Shown in pieces: positions 11,837 through 29,047 of a DNA stretch of 40,760 nucleotides. The notes beneath the pieces are model-generated. The model did not search any database, had not been told where the DNA came from, and saw only the letters and a program-made list of their open reading frames with translations. A program made the position numbers and the translations under genes. The DNA lies in assembly GCA_009602735.1 (NCBI GenBank), contig WELA01001035.1:354088-394847 (forward strand). Reading direction: 5' to 3'. The DNA is from Mesotaenium endlicherianum (lineage: Eukaryota). Every line of letters starts with the position of its first letter. Positions within the stretch are counted from its first letter, which is position 1.

Positions 11837-12787
11837 TCACGCGTAGCTGAGAACCTCTATCTCAAAAATCAGCGTTGAGTTGGGCTGGATGCCCCAGGCA
11901 GGGAAGCCCCCGGCTCCATACGCATAGTCAGGCGAGCACTGCAGCAATCAAAGGGGGAGCAACGAGGTCAACTTTTTCCGTAAGGAGTCAAACTTATTCA
12001 ACAGAAGCCCAGTCAAAAGATGCACTCCGAGCTACGAATATCATTGTGCCAGCAATGCTTGCAGGTGTTAATTAGACGACACGTGGACTGCGCATTTGTC
12101 TGTATATACAAGAAGTCATCAGTGCCAGTTAAGTTCTGCTCCTAAAGGTATGCAGGTGCATGCACAAAGGAATAGTAAAGCAAACGAAAAACACGAACAA
12201 CGAGGAGGCGACTAGCATGAGGCAGAGGAGTTGCAGTCAGTCCGCTTCTGGAACTGAAGAAGGACAAGACCAAGCCCTTGAAGTGTGTCTGCATTCGGGT
12301 CCCAGGTAAGAGCTATTGGGGCTGTGCCAGTTGAACGTCAGGCTATTAGAATGTAGCCTCGTTATGTGCGTAGGTAAAGAGTCAGGCTGGGTCATGAAGA
12401 AAGCGCAATGACCTGTTAATCTAACCAGCTGCCTCGCACTAAAAAGCAGCTCTGGGTGCTGGACGTCACATATGCACGTTGTGCACATACATGCACATAC
12501 ACGTATACGTTCATATATTGCAGCATGTCTTTCTAGAGCAGTGCTGGACATATGCACGGTGTGCACACGAGTGTACACACACACACACACACACACGGAC
12601 GCACACACACACGAGCGCACTCTTCCCTTCAGACGCAGATACGAAGGAGCTTCACAAGCCTACAGATGCGCCTGGTTCATGTTCACAAAATGTGCAGAGA
12701 TACTGTGTAGAACTTTAGTGCGTGTGCAGCAGAACCCCTCCAAAGAGCCTTACAAGGGAGGTGCTTAGGCCTGTGCCTGTGTGTGTG

Positions 12788-12839
<52 letters not shown>

Positions 12840-14039
12840 AGTTTCTTGAATGAGAGTGACAGATATGAACAACTAGAAGGTCGCACGCTGACTCACAGTA
12901 AGCCGCGCAATCTCCCCAAGCTGCATGCCCATCACCCCCTCGTCCCAGCCTGCACAGGCGGAATGAGAAAAGCCATGTGTTGAGTTAGCACCGCACTACG
13001 AGGTTTAAGATGACCGCTCTCTCTCTCTCTCTCTTCTATGAACCTACAGTGCCATACTAATTTCCAACACTCTCCGAGTCTCTCAAAGCTTCCTGTAGAT
13101 AGATTCATACTGTGAAAAGCTACTGATAGGTACATGAGAATAATAGGCTGGGATGCGAGAACTCCAATGAAAATTAATGCAACTAGAATAAAAAAAGGAG
13201 TCAGCAACTTGGAAGATAATCAATTGGTCACCATCAGCTCATGTTTGCCCAGAGGAGTTGAACCATCCATGCAAGGAAAATGTGAAATGTAGCGCACTTG
13301 CATGACATCCGGCTGAAATGCGAAGTAAGAATGCAAATCATATGGCTTACTAGTTGATCCAGGGAAGATCATTTTGTTGTGTCACGCACATATACAGGGA
13401 ATCTAAATTCTAAAGCGACCAAGGATTCAACAATGAGGCACCTTTGATAACTTGTCCAAGGCCCACGCTGAAAGTGAAGGGCTGTTGGCCAGCATCCTTG
13501 GTGCTGCATAGCATTGCACCCAAAAATTGCACCCAAGGTCGACACATAAAGCCAACGTCCAATAATGCAGATGTTGGGGGGAAAAAAATTAATGCTTCAG
13601 CTAACCAGAAAATGCATGCGCTGAAATTAACTTCCGAATGCCCTCCAACGCTTTTCTACGGCATGGGCTCTTTCCTGCTACGTACCTCCAGAACTTCTTG
13701 GACAGGTCTCTATCCTTGCCTGCACAAGAGCGATTATATGTACATTTTAGATGTTGAAAGGGTCCATTTATTGTGGATTGGAGCAAGCAGTACCACTGCC
13801 TACAGCAATTTATGGACGAGCTCAATAAGCTATATATATTCTGTGAAGTTCCAGTACAAAGTGAGAAGCATGCCAACATTGGGCTGGAAGTGAAATATAG
13901 CTTGTCAGAGAACGTTCTTGAAGAGTCTTGACATTAGAACCAGATTATTACCGTAGCCAGTGCAGTGCACCGTCACTTTTTGACCTCTTGACGGCGATGG
14001 TCCATTGCCAGGCCTCAAAAGTTCCTTCTCAATACCCAT
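11837..14039 (-). CDS. FKBP12: Peptidyl-prolyl cis-trans isomerase FKBP12 (112 aa)
   Basis: Exons 14039-13952, 13719-13686, 13503-13442, 12949-12897 and 11938-11837 (339 nt): [112 protein letters not shown]. This is the plant-type FKBP12 with two conserved Cys. Confidence 0.97.
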
Positions 14040-14421
14040 GATCGTTCTATAGTTAACAGAGGACGCAAATACGGAATTAGGTGCTTGCTCTGCTTTATTT
14101 GACAGTGATAAGAGTGTGCTTGGACGCTGCCAATATTTCCCCTTGATCTGCGTGTTTGAAATAAGGAAGGAGCGGTCATCCAAACATTCCAGATAATCAG
14201 CGTTTCATGATCGTTCTTTTTAGCATTTCCAAGGGAACGAAGGCTAAGTTCAAATATAGATGAAGAGTAGACCTCATATGCAGAGTGACGACAGAAGCAA
14301 GTAATTTGAAGAAGAAGATGATGCGAGATACAAGGATATTCCACTTCAACGGAACTTAGGAGCCATTGGCTACCGCTACATGACTATTTGCAACCAATGT
14401 AATTTGCCTAAGTCAGGTACA
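14040..14421. promoter_or_regulatory. Putative bidirectional promoter, FKBP12 / PET117
   Basis: 382 bp between divergent ATGs; CCAAT boxes in both orientations (ATTGG 14365-14369, CCAAT 14394-14398). Confidence 0.6.
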
Positions 14422-14728
14422 ATGGCTCGAGCGGCAGCTTTGACCACGTTCATAGGAGTTGTCATCTGCACAGCGGCAGGTGTTCACTTTATTCATGAAA
14501 GCCAGAGACTCGAGCGAAAGGTAAAATGAATGCCCTCTATTCTGAGATTGTGTGCTTCGTGAAAATAAAGGGGATTGCTAGAATTTGGTTCCTCTCTTGA
14601 TATTAGAACGCTGTGCTGGTCTTCAGAATCTTCATGAAGGAGTTCTTCGGGACGAGAAGCTGCTGGCAATGAAGCAACTTGAGCAACAGCAGCGGTTACA
14701 AGCTAGGCTACCACATGAAGGCACGTGA
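14422..14728 (+). CDS. PET117: Cytochrome c oxidase assembly factor PET117 homolog (66 aa)
   Basis: Exons 14422-14520 (AAG|GTAAAA) and 14627-14728 (CTTCAG|): MARAAALTTFIGVVICTAAGVHFIHESQRLERKNLHEGVLRDEKLLAMKQLEQQQRLQARLPHEGT. A hydrophobic N-terminal segment is followed by the H-x2-Q-x2-E/D-x3-L-x2-GV-x-RD motif and a coiled coil, typical of PET117. Confidence 0.85.
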
Positions 14729-17700
14729 TCATGAAGGTAGATGCATGTTCCTCGCAATCATCACGCTCACTTTTATGTACTGGTGTACATGCTTATCTTC
14801 TTGTTGCAAGTCTAAGTGCATTCCACCATATTGCTTCATCGTCATCTGCTTCAACTCAGAGCATTGTAGGGATACTTACGCTTACTTACAGATCAGCTGG
14901 TCAACTATCCCTCATGAAGCAGTTGATGGATATGTCTATTTCTTTGTTCATATTATTTTTGGCAGCTTCAGGTGATGGATAGCAACTAATATGTTACAAT
15001 TTCCGTTATTCAAAGCTGTGCAGGAATTGATCAGAGTGCTTCATCTCCAACAACACAAGCTTTGGGGCTCGGTTTAAAATGTCTTATTAATACACCATTG
15101 CAGGCGTGAGTCTGCAGAGTGTTGTCGTGGTGTTGTTATCGGAGGAAAACATAGCCTTCGATCCTTGTTGGTCATAGGTTGCATCCACAAAAGACATGTA
15201 TTGGTCTTGACGAGCAGGAATGAATGTCATGATTACATGGTCATGACTCTCATTACAGGGTTTGTTACCCTATCCCACCAAGTGGGACCTTGGGGCTGAC
15301 ATAAGGAAACTGCTAGTGACCCCCAAGGTTGTCCATCTGGGGATCGCATTCAGCCCCCATCAGTTAGGATTGTACAGGTCTTAAAAAAGGTCTTATTAAT
15401 TGGTCTCACTCCAACACTTCAGTTGGGTAGGGAAGGTGCCACTTTATATGGCAAAGTACAGGTGGACGACGACATTGGGCCAGAAAGCTCTGATAACACG
15501 TTTAATGAAAGGTATTAGAAGGAGAGAAGAACAGACTCAAGTAAGTTTGCTTACGCGTCGGAGTGCGTGAGACAGAGACTATGGAGATTTTGGGCAGCAG
15601 AGTCCTTGACAAAAGGCGACAATTTGAATGTAGGGTGAGAAATTTGAGGGAAAGAAGTTGATGTCGTTAGAAGTGACGAGTGATATTTGTTGAGGCCCTT
15701 TTGTCTAGATTTCATACAGGCTACAATTTGCTGGAGAGAAGGCTAAGCATAATTTTTGCATGTAGATAGGGGATGAAGAATAGTAATAAGCTATGCTCCG
15801 TCCCTGCACCCTTCCATCTACAAACTGAGGTCTAGGTGAGCATGAACTTTTTACATCACAGTGTCAGCTAGGTTATCGTGTGGTGTATCCATCTAGACTT
15901 TTATTGACAGCTCCTCAAATAAGAAATTTCTCTCACATGTACGGCATAGACTACTCATCGTTGAGGCACTCAACAAACACGTCTGGTTTTTTCCACCCCC
16001 ATTTTTTTGCCTTGGTATGAATAGACAGTCTCGTTCATGCTTGTCTTCTGCTTTTCATCATCATTTTGAGGCTGGCCTGCTTCCATCTGACACTTCAAAC
16101 TCATATGCCCTTTCAGGTCTTTATTGAGTATGTACCACTCTCTTGGAAGGTTTTGGGTTGTTGCTTATAAGTTTTGGATGCACAAAGCCTTCTGAGGACT
16201 TCCAAGAAGTCGGCCTTCTTTCAGGAGTGAAGATTGATGTGAAAATCGTGGGAGGTTAGTGGGCAGCGAAAGCAAATAAAATTGATGCATTATTTATCAA
16301 AAATTTAGCTTTATTTAAATTATCGAGGGCTGGAATTGTTTCGTTGTTGGTGCAACAACATGCATATTGTGACAATAATCATCTCAAAGATGACTGTGAT
16401 GTTAATCACCTCAAAGATGCCCTAAGGTGTTTGTCGCTCCACCGCTGCACCGAGCTCGTTTGTAGACTTAGCTAGATGAGATTTCTTTCAAATACAAGAT
16501 CTAGCCAAAAAATGTTGAAATAGTATGAAATGGGGCCAGATGATGACCTCTAATATATCTCTTTCTCTAACTTGATGCATTTTGAGGACTAACTCCCAAA
16601 CACATTATCTTACAAGAATCCACATATTCCATTGATGTGACCAACAATAGTGACCTACTCATGGTGTATTAGCCGCCCCACTGCCTCTTCAAGGAAGCCG
16701 ACCAATCTACATTGCCGGCCAATCTACATTGATTATGCCAATGCATGAGATAATGATCTCCATGCAAGTGGCTGACTCTGACATCCTACAACCACCATAG
16801 CCGTAGGCTTAGGTGGGCACAGCCGCGTACAGGGTTTCTGCTTGCTCCCATGACATTGCAATCAGTCAGACCAAAGCTCCACATGTCTTTGCTGCATATG
16901 CGCGCCATCTGTACTCTCGCTCCGTAATGGAAGTACATAGCTTCGGTATTCTCAAACACCTTACATGTCATTTTGCATTCACAGCTTGCAGACATAAATG
17001 AGTAAAATTGTAGATCATATGGAAGGCCACTGCCCACATTGAAAAACTCGTGAGCTTTACTCATCGACAAACCTGCTGTGTGAGAAAGGTGCTTACAATA
17101 TCGGACAAGCTAGGGAGCTGCACAGCATTGGGCAAGTGCGTGATTTTACAGTACAGATACTCTACTTGCCAACTCCGCCTAGTCTCAAGGCCTAAGACCA
17201 TGAAGCACAAGTAGGCAGTCGACATACGCAAAAACAACCGATGTGACAGACCTAGCTGGCACTGGTGGATGTCCATGCTGTCTTGACCCTCTGTGGAGCC
17301 AAAGGTCAATGCTTTGATGCAAATGCTTCTGAACAATGAAGTATCAACATCCAGATTCCTTTACCCAGTTTGACACACTTCAAGCTCGAACACATTATGA
17401 GAACCCGTTTCATTCAGAGCGTCAACATGAAGTTCCAGAGCCAGACAGCAATCGCAACAATGTAAGAGCATTGGGCAGGAAATGCTAACAATTCTTTCAC
17501 TGTGAACCACAATGTAAAGCTTTTGCGCCCCCCACAACACAATGTCTACTGCTCTCTTGATGCCAGCAACATACAGCAAGAACAACCTCCAAACCCAAGA
17601 GCCCACGGCCCAAAACCGTTACACCAGGGTACTGCCTCTCATAAGCATGTAACGTTGCCGCCGCTATCTCCACCACTCCTACTCTGTGAGCTCCACAAGG

Positions 17701-18088
17701 AAGGTGTGAACTGACTCGAATGCCGGTAGCTGGGCCCTTGCACCACAAAGTCGTGAATTGCCTCGCCCGTACAAACATGCACGGTAAGGCTAGTCCAGAC
17801 CACCCCATCCCAACGCCCCCCTTTCCTCCCATGGGACGCTGGCGAGACCACTTTCAGCGCCCTCGATTTTCAACAATACCTGGAGCGGAAAGTACAATAA
17901 CATAGAGACACAGCAGGGGGCAGCCAACAAGCCTCTCCGCCGGCCCTCAGCCCCGCTGGCCGAGCATACTCCCAGAGGAATTGCACCACCTCGCCACAGC
18001 CTTCCTCTGCACTTGCGCGGCCAACCAAGCACAAAGTTCCAGAAGACTTCATTTTCTTCCAGAAGAATCTCGAGGAGAAAACGCCACG

Positions 18089-23496
<5,408 letters not shown>

Positions 23497-24109
23497 GATT
23501 TTGCAAGCGGCGGACAGCCTTCAAAGCTGCAGTTTTATAATCTTCAAGATCTCATCCGAAATGTGGTACACCTATCTGTACTAATTAGTGTAAATCAGAG
23601 CCTCCTTGTAAGCAGCAGTGCAAGCAAAGGGCTGAGTGCTGCTACGGCAGAGAGGAGTGCGGAGTCTAGACTCTGAAGTATGGGCTGGCTGGGGCCTGAG
23701 GCTTCTTTGATCAAGTCACGTGGTTTGCCAGCGCCGCAGTCTCCAAGGTCTTGCTCTCAATCTTCTATAAACATGTCAAGAATTGTCAATAAATCGATGT
23801 CTTTCCGCTCGACTAGACCAGACTAGACCATGCACCGGCAACTGTCGAAACCTATATGTTCATCAATTTTCATCAATTATAATATATTACATCGGTAGCT
23901 CCTGGTTTGGGAGGCGAATCCGTTCAGGACCGTATTCATTTGTACCTGGGTCCAAATCTGGTCCAAAATGCAAGTGTTGTACTCTTGAGATGTCCGTCAC
24001 GAAGGTGGGCCTAAACGCTTTATTCACACGAGCAGGATTTACCGAAGAGAAAGGGGCACAAGCTTAGAGAAGGGGTTTCTAAAGTTCCAAGCTGTTGTGA
24101 TATTGAGCC
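23497..24109. promoter_or_regulatory. Putative bidirectional promoter, purA / unknown plastid protein
   Basis: 613 bp between divergent ATGs; G-box CACGTG at 23717-23722; site II-like TGGGCY at 23681 and 24006. Confidence 0.55.
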
Positions 24110-24936
24110 ATGGCTTTCTCTTGCACAACTTTGCAAGGCTACGGACTTCAAAATTTGATTGCGAAGAGTCATATACGACATAGTAATCTCTCGAGGGTAG
24201 GCTCTTATCTTAACGTTTCGATAACGAAACCTAAATGTCTTCGTTCAAACGGTTCTGGTGTACAATTAATCCTTAAAATCACCTGTAGCAATGGGAAGCC
24301 TCAGAGTGCTAAAGAAGGGAGTCGCGAGAAATTGGATGCTCTGGACCGTCAGCTTCGGGGTTATGCAGCAGATGAGCGTCTCCAGGATAGAGCACTGGGA
24401 GCCGAAGTCCTTGAAGGTAGGTACTAAATATGTCACAAGGGACCCTTAACAGGCTTACCCCTTTTTCAGCTCTTTTTGACGAATGCGTGGTGTTATGTCA
24501 CCTCTTCAGAAAGTCCTACTATCAAAGAAAGACATACTAGCGGTGTAGATCCACTATTGCGATGCTCAATACAAGGCCCCTGATGAACGTGCACAATATA
24601 CGAGGACACAATGAAGACTACGTTGTTGTAAAGTCAAGCCTACCTATTTAACTTGGTTCCTGAAACTCTTTTTGTACAGATAAGAAGGGAGCTAAAAAAG
24701 ATGACAGCAATTCTGACGACGGATGGCCCGATTTTGACGACGGTTTTCTAGTATATGCTGGAGTAGTCCTTTTGGCATTCACTCTCGTATACAACCTTAT
24801 CTTCCATTATACACTAGATAGAGGTAACACTAGAGAGTTTCGTCTTCAGCAGGCTAGTATACGAGAATTAGCTGCGCAGGAAAAAGCCATGGATGAATAC
24901 TACCTCCGACAAGCACCATCATTAGAGGACTCCTGA
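24110..24936 (+). CDS. Uncharacterised, probably plastid-targeted single-pass membrane protein (187 aa)
   Basis: Exons 24110-24416 (G|GTAGGT) and 24680-24936 (TTTGTACAG|), 564 nt in phase. Transit-like N-terminus ending ..ITCS, then REKLDALDRQL, an acidic linker, WPDFDDG, a hydrophobic helix FLVYAGVVLLAFTLVYNLIF and a charged tail. Confidence 0.8.
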
Positions 24937-25695
24937 CTGCTGACGCTACAACTTAATGATTGGAAGTCTCAAGTTTTTGTTTATTTCCTTGAAGCAATTT
25001 GGACGACGAATATGTTCTAAGCCGCCCCAGCTCTTCATGTTACAATTGCACAAAAAAAAGCTGGGATTTTGAGTCAGGTCAGATTTGTGGAGCAGAGGAA
25101 GTGCTTGTGCCAGAAAACCTTTTCCACATCGTGTTCATTATCATACACTCACCTACAAAACGAAGCGGAGAAGGCATGTTTAAGATTGTGGCACAGTGTC
25201 AATGCCTCTCTTCTGCAGTGCTCAGACCATTTTGCACAGCCAAGAGCTGACGTGGCACAACTTGTTTGCATTGCTTCTCTAGAAACTGAAGAGGTCACAT
25301 GAAGGTCCAGATATGAAGCCGGCATCAAACATCGCCATGAAATAGAGGCATGTATGCAACAGTACTTCCCGATGCAACTAACTCTAAACACATATTGAAT
25401 TACGTACGCATAAAGGCTCAATTAACCACAGCATAGAATGTACCACACTCCTGAAGTGATTGGCATGATCCAGAGTGCAATAAAGTTACATGGAGGCATG
25501 GAAGAAACCCATCCTTTTGGAGGCAAGAGTGCTACCTGTAAGGTTTCAACATGATAGGCTACATACCTAAATAGTCTCCCTTGCTGCTCGAACATTCAGA
25601 AACAAATAGCTTCTACCTTAAACCCTGATGTAGAGAGCTAACTCTGACACCTTCCCTCTAAATTCACGCATGTAACAAGAGCAGAACTTAACCAC

Positions 25696-26637
25696 TCATT
25701 TCCATAGCTCTTCCATTGGCATGCCTCGCATTGCAGCAACTTCCTTGAACTGCCTCATAGAAGAAATAGCTTCAAGGACAGCCCGTGCATTATTCAGAGG
25801 GTTACCACTCCCAATTTCCTTGCCAAGAGCATTCTCTACTCCAGCTAACTCAAGTACTACACGCACTGAACCTCCGGCAATAACCCCTGTACCTGATGCT
25901 GCAGGCCTCAGCATAACTTTAGCGGCCCCATACCGTCCATCCGCTCTGTGAGGGAAAGTGAGATACTTAGTCATGGGAACAGTGATCATGTGACGCTTTG
26001 CATCAGTTACAGCCTTCTGCACGGCAAATGACACCTCCTTGGCCTTCCCTACTCCAACACCAACTTTTCCCTTCTTGTCGCCAATGACCACAACAGCCCT
26101 GAAAGCAAGCTGTTTACCTCCCTTAACGACCTTGGTAACTCTCCTGACCTGCACCACACGCTCCTCAAACTCTGAATCCTTCCCTCTTCTTCCTCCCCTC
26201 TCTTCCCTGTCGCCCCCTTCCCGTCTGCCACGACGCTTCTTCCCCGGTTCATCAATGTCCTCTTCGTCCTTATCACCAATGGCTGCAATATGGCCGATAC
26301 CGCTGAATGCTTTCCCGTACATCTTCTCGTATGCCGCAGTAATCTCTTCCTCTGTCTCCTCCTCCTCATCCTCCTCTAAATCCGCATATACAGCACGCAC
26401 AGTGAAAGGCTTAGCTGTAATGCTGCGGGCATTGCTGCAAGCAAGTCGTGCTCCACTCAAAGATGCACCAAACCCAGGCAGCCCACTGCAGAAGGAGGCC
26501 GAACTTGCGACTGATTTCCGGCTGACGAAAGCAGAAACTGCGCAATTGACACTGCTCCTATCACCTGCGTTCTCCGCAGCGCCTAGAGACAAAGAACTAA
26601 GCTGGGAAGCCACGATGGACGTCGTCATGGCGGCCAT
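25696..26637 (-). CDS. RPS5: Plastid 30S ribosomal protein S5 (uS5c), intronless CDS, 313 aa
   Basis: First in-frame ATG at 26637 ([12 protein letters not shown]..), followed by a transit peptide and an acidic extension, then [44 protein letters not shown]...[30 protein letters not shown]...GMPMEELWK. Confidence 0.97.
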   Translation of the reverse strand: MAAMTTSIVASQLSSLSLGAAENAGDRSSVNCAVSAFVSRKSVASSASFCSGLPGFGASLSGARLACSNARSITAKPFTVRAVYADLEEDEEEETEEEITAAYEKMYGKAFSGIGHIAAIGDKDEEDIDEPGKKRRGRREGGDREERGGRRGKDSEFEERVVQVRRVTKVVKGGKQLAFRAVVVIGDKKGKVGVGVGKAKEVSFAVQKAVTDAKRHMITVPMTKYLTFPHRADGRYGAAKVMLRPAASGTGVIAGGSVRVVLELAGVENALGKEIGSGNPLNNARAVLEAISSMRQFKEVAAMRGMPMEELWK

Positions 26638-27072
26638 TATGGCTAACCTTACTTCCTGCAACCTTCTTTTTCCAAGCGCAACTGAAGCCTTAATCTCTGT
26701 TACGATGCTGCGCGGTTGCGACGTCAGTGGCAAAGACGGGGCTCCATTAGGGTCAATCAAATTTTTAGCCCCTGAAGGAGGGGGGATTGCAGCTATCGGA
26801 CCCTCTTCGACAATAGCGTTCTTTAATCGCACGGTCGATTGAGCATCCCTGATCCGCCAATTCTTTTTCTAATGACCACACGCGCGGACCTCAAAAAGCC
26901 ATCCGGTGGAAACGAGAGTAGATGGTCAATGAGCCCATCTCCAGCCATGGCAATGATTTGAAGCTTTGGATCTCGTTCTTTTTTTAGCTACATTTCAGGT
27001 GCTAGTGTCCCGTAATTAGACCACGACGCTAGCTCTAAAGAACTAGGTTCACGGTTTATCAGGCGGGGAAAC
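26638..27072. promoter_or_regulatory. Putative bidirectional promoter, plastid RPS5 / ndhU
   Basis: 435 bp between divergent ATGs; CCAAT at 26857-26861; site II-like AGCCCA at 26932-26937. Confidence 0.55.
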
Positions 27073-28633
27073 ATGTCATACGCTTTGTGCAGTCCTGCTC
27101 AGTTGAACTTCCTCTTCACACCACAAACTAGGCCCGCTAGAAGTCAGAATGCAGCGTCGAGACTTCGCTATAATGTGAGACATACCTGCGGTTCAGCTTC
27201 TCTCCGAACAAAACGACCCGATGTTTGTGTGAGGGCTAGTGCCGCAGGTGTGAGAGCTTCACCTGCAGCTCCAGAAACAGGTAGGGTATGGATATGACAG
27301 TGCTTAAAACCTGGTTACAGGGCTATCGTTGCCGCATTATGGTCAAGCAAGAACATCTAGTAGTATCGTAGCACTCAGTTTGAACTCTTCCTATGCTTCT
27401 CCGTACATATCTCTCCTGCCTAATGTAACAACAATGTCAAATCTGCTGCTTTGTTCCCAGGCTTGCAAATTATAGACCATTATGGCCGCCTTGGTTTGTC
27501 GAAGGAGGCTACCAATGCTGATGTGAGCAACTCTTAAGCAACAGACTTCCTCCTGTGGTTCACATGAATTGTGCAGATGTTTGCGTCAGGTCACTCCGTT
27601 AGGCAGACCAATGGTGTATGCTGCTCCCAAGAGACTCTCTAGGTTTATCGAGCTGCATCATACAGTTGAAAGGCGCTATGTGTGATTCACTTGGCTCCGG
27701 CTGTAATTTTAGACGTAGCGATTCACAAAAAGGCTGTGGGCTGGAGTTGCTGAAGTCAGAATGCTACTGGTGGGCAGATTGTGGCTGCTTTTGAGAGTAA
27801 GAGTCGGGAAGTAGCAGCAGAGCAAGGACTCGAGGAGGAAACAGCACGCCAAAGGATCTCGCTTCTCCAGGTGCTCCTCCGTTTTTTGCTCTCAATATTT
27901 CTGCATGACTTAAAAGTGGTTCAGCAGGCGCATACAGTCAGCCGTCACAAAACAAAGCCGTGAGGAGGGGGTTCATCACAAACTCCGATCTGTCCGTAGG
28001 CCAGGTTGACGTCAGTATCATCTGATTGTGTACATCCATTCAGGTATATAATAGTCGCGTCTATCATTATAGTACAAAGTTGTAGCCCGTCACAGTTGCC
28101 TTTTCTCAATAATTAGTGTGTCGTATGGGGATGTAACCTGTGCTGTGTGTGCTCTGCTCTCTATGCGAATGCTCTCTCTATGTGCCTAAGAACATAAGTA
28201 GATTAAATTTCATTGCATATCTGGTAAATATTAAGTTATGTCCTTTGCCCCTGGTTGATGATCAGGGTGATGGGGAAATGTGCTAGGTCCATGTGCGCTG
28301 GTATCCGTGCAGTTCCCCCAATCCCTTCCATGAAGTCCCTCTTGCTGAACATTTCTAGGAATTTGCATCTCACGCATGTCTCTTGAATGTTGACAATGTA
28401 ATGGCCTGCCATCTGTCATCGAGCAGCAATCGCTGGACGTTCTGACCTCAGAGGAGGACAGGAGGTACTATGACTGGAGCATCGTGAGAAGTGATGGGAA
28501 GCAGGGGAGATACGTGTGGCCTTATGAGGCTGACTACACTCAGAGATACGTCCCTTCCAGTGACTTGCCTACTCCTGTAAGAGACCTTTGAAACCCCTCC
28601 ATGCAGCGCTCCAGACAGCCACTTCTCTTCATG

Positions 28634-28676
<43 letters not shown>

Positions 28677-29047
28677 CGTATGCTGTGAATGGTGTGCTGA
28701 AGTCTTCATTTTGCAACACCACCGTTGATGGAGTTGAGTGTTTTCAGGGTAGCGTTGCCACTGCCCCGCTACCATCCAGTACGAGTCCAGCATCTGTGGG
28801 TGCTTGCCCTTCCTACTTATATCCACTCACTTCTGTGACTTTCCTCTCTGGACGATCAAAGCTCGCGTGTCCTATGGCCACTTGTGTGAAGCATCTTTGG
28901 CATCTGTGCTTTAACTCTTCCGTATCTTACTACGACAACTTGGGCTTGCAGATGGTTGCGGAGGATGAGGAAGGCACTCGTAAATTGGGCTACTTCCTGC
29001 TGGGGTGGTTTGTCCTCTCAGTTGTACTCAGCTGCACCCTGCACTAG
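27073..29047 (+). CDS. ndhU: Chloroplast NDH complex subunit U (CRRL), J-like domain protein, 202 aa
   Basis: Exons 27073-27280, 27461-27522, 27778-27870, 28427-28576 and 28952-29047 (609 nt). Motifs DHYGRLGL, EQGLEEE, LTSEEDRRYYDWSI.RS...RYVWPYEAD and a C-terminal TM, EDEEGTRKLGYFLLGWFVLSVVLS, matching land-plant NdhU. No HPD motif. Confidence 0.93.

Noticed and set aside
26638..26832. 65-codon N-terminal extension of RPS5 in the ORF track
   Set aside because: It starts at GTG. The first ATG (26637) already begins a typical transit peptide.
26039..26842. 267-aa antisense ORF over RPS5, and similar antisense/alternate-frame ORFs over purA and bHLH exons
   Set aside because: Shadow frames of real coding sequence, with no recognisable protein features.
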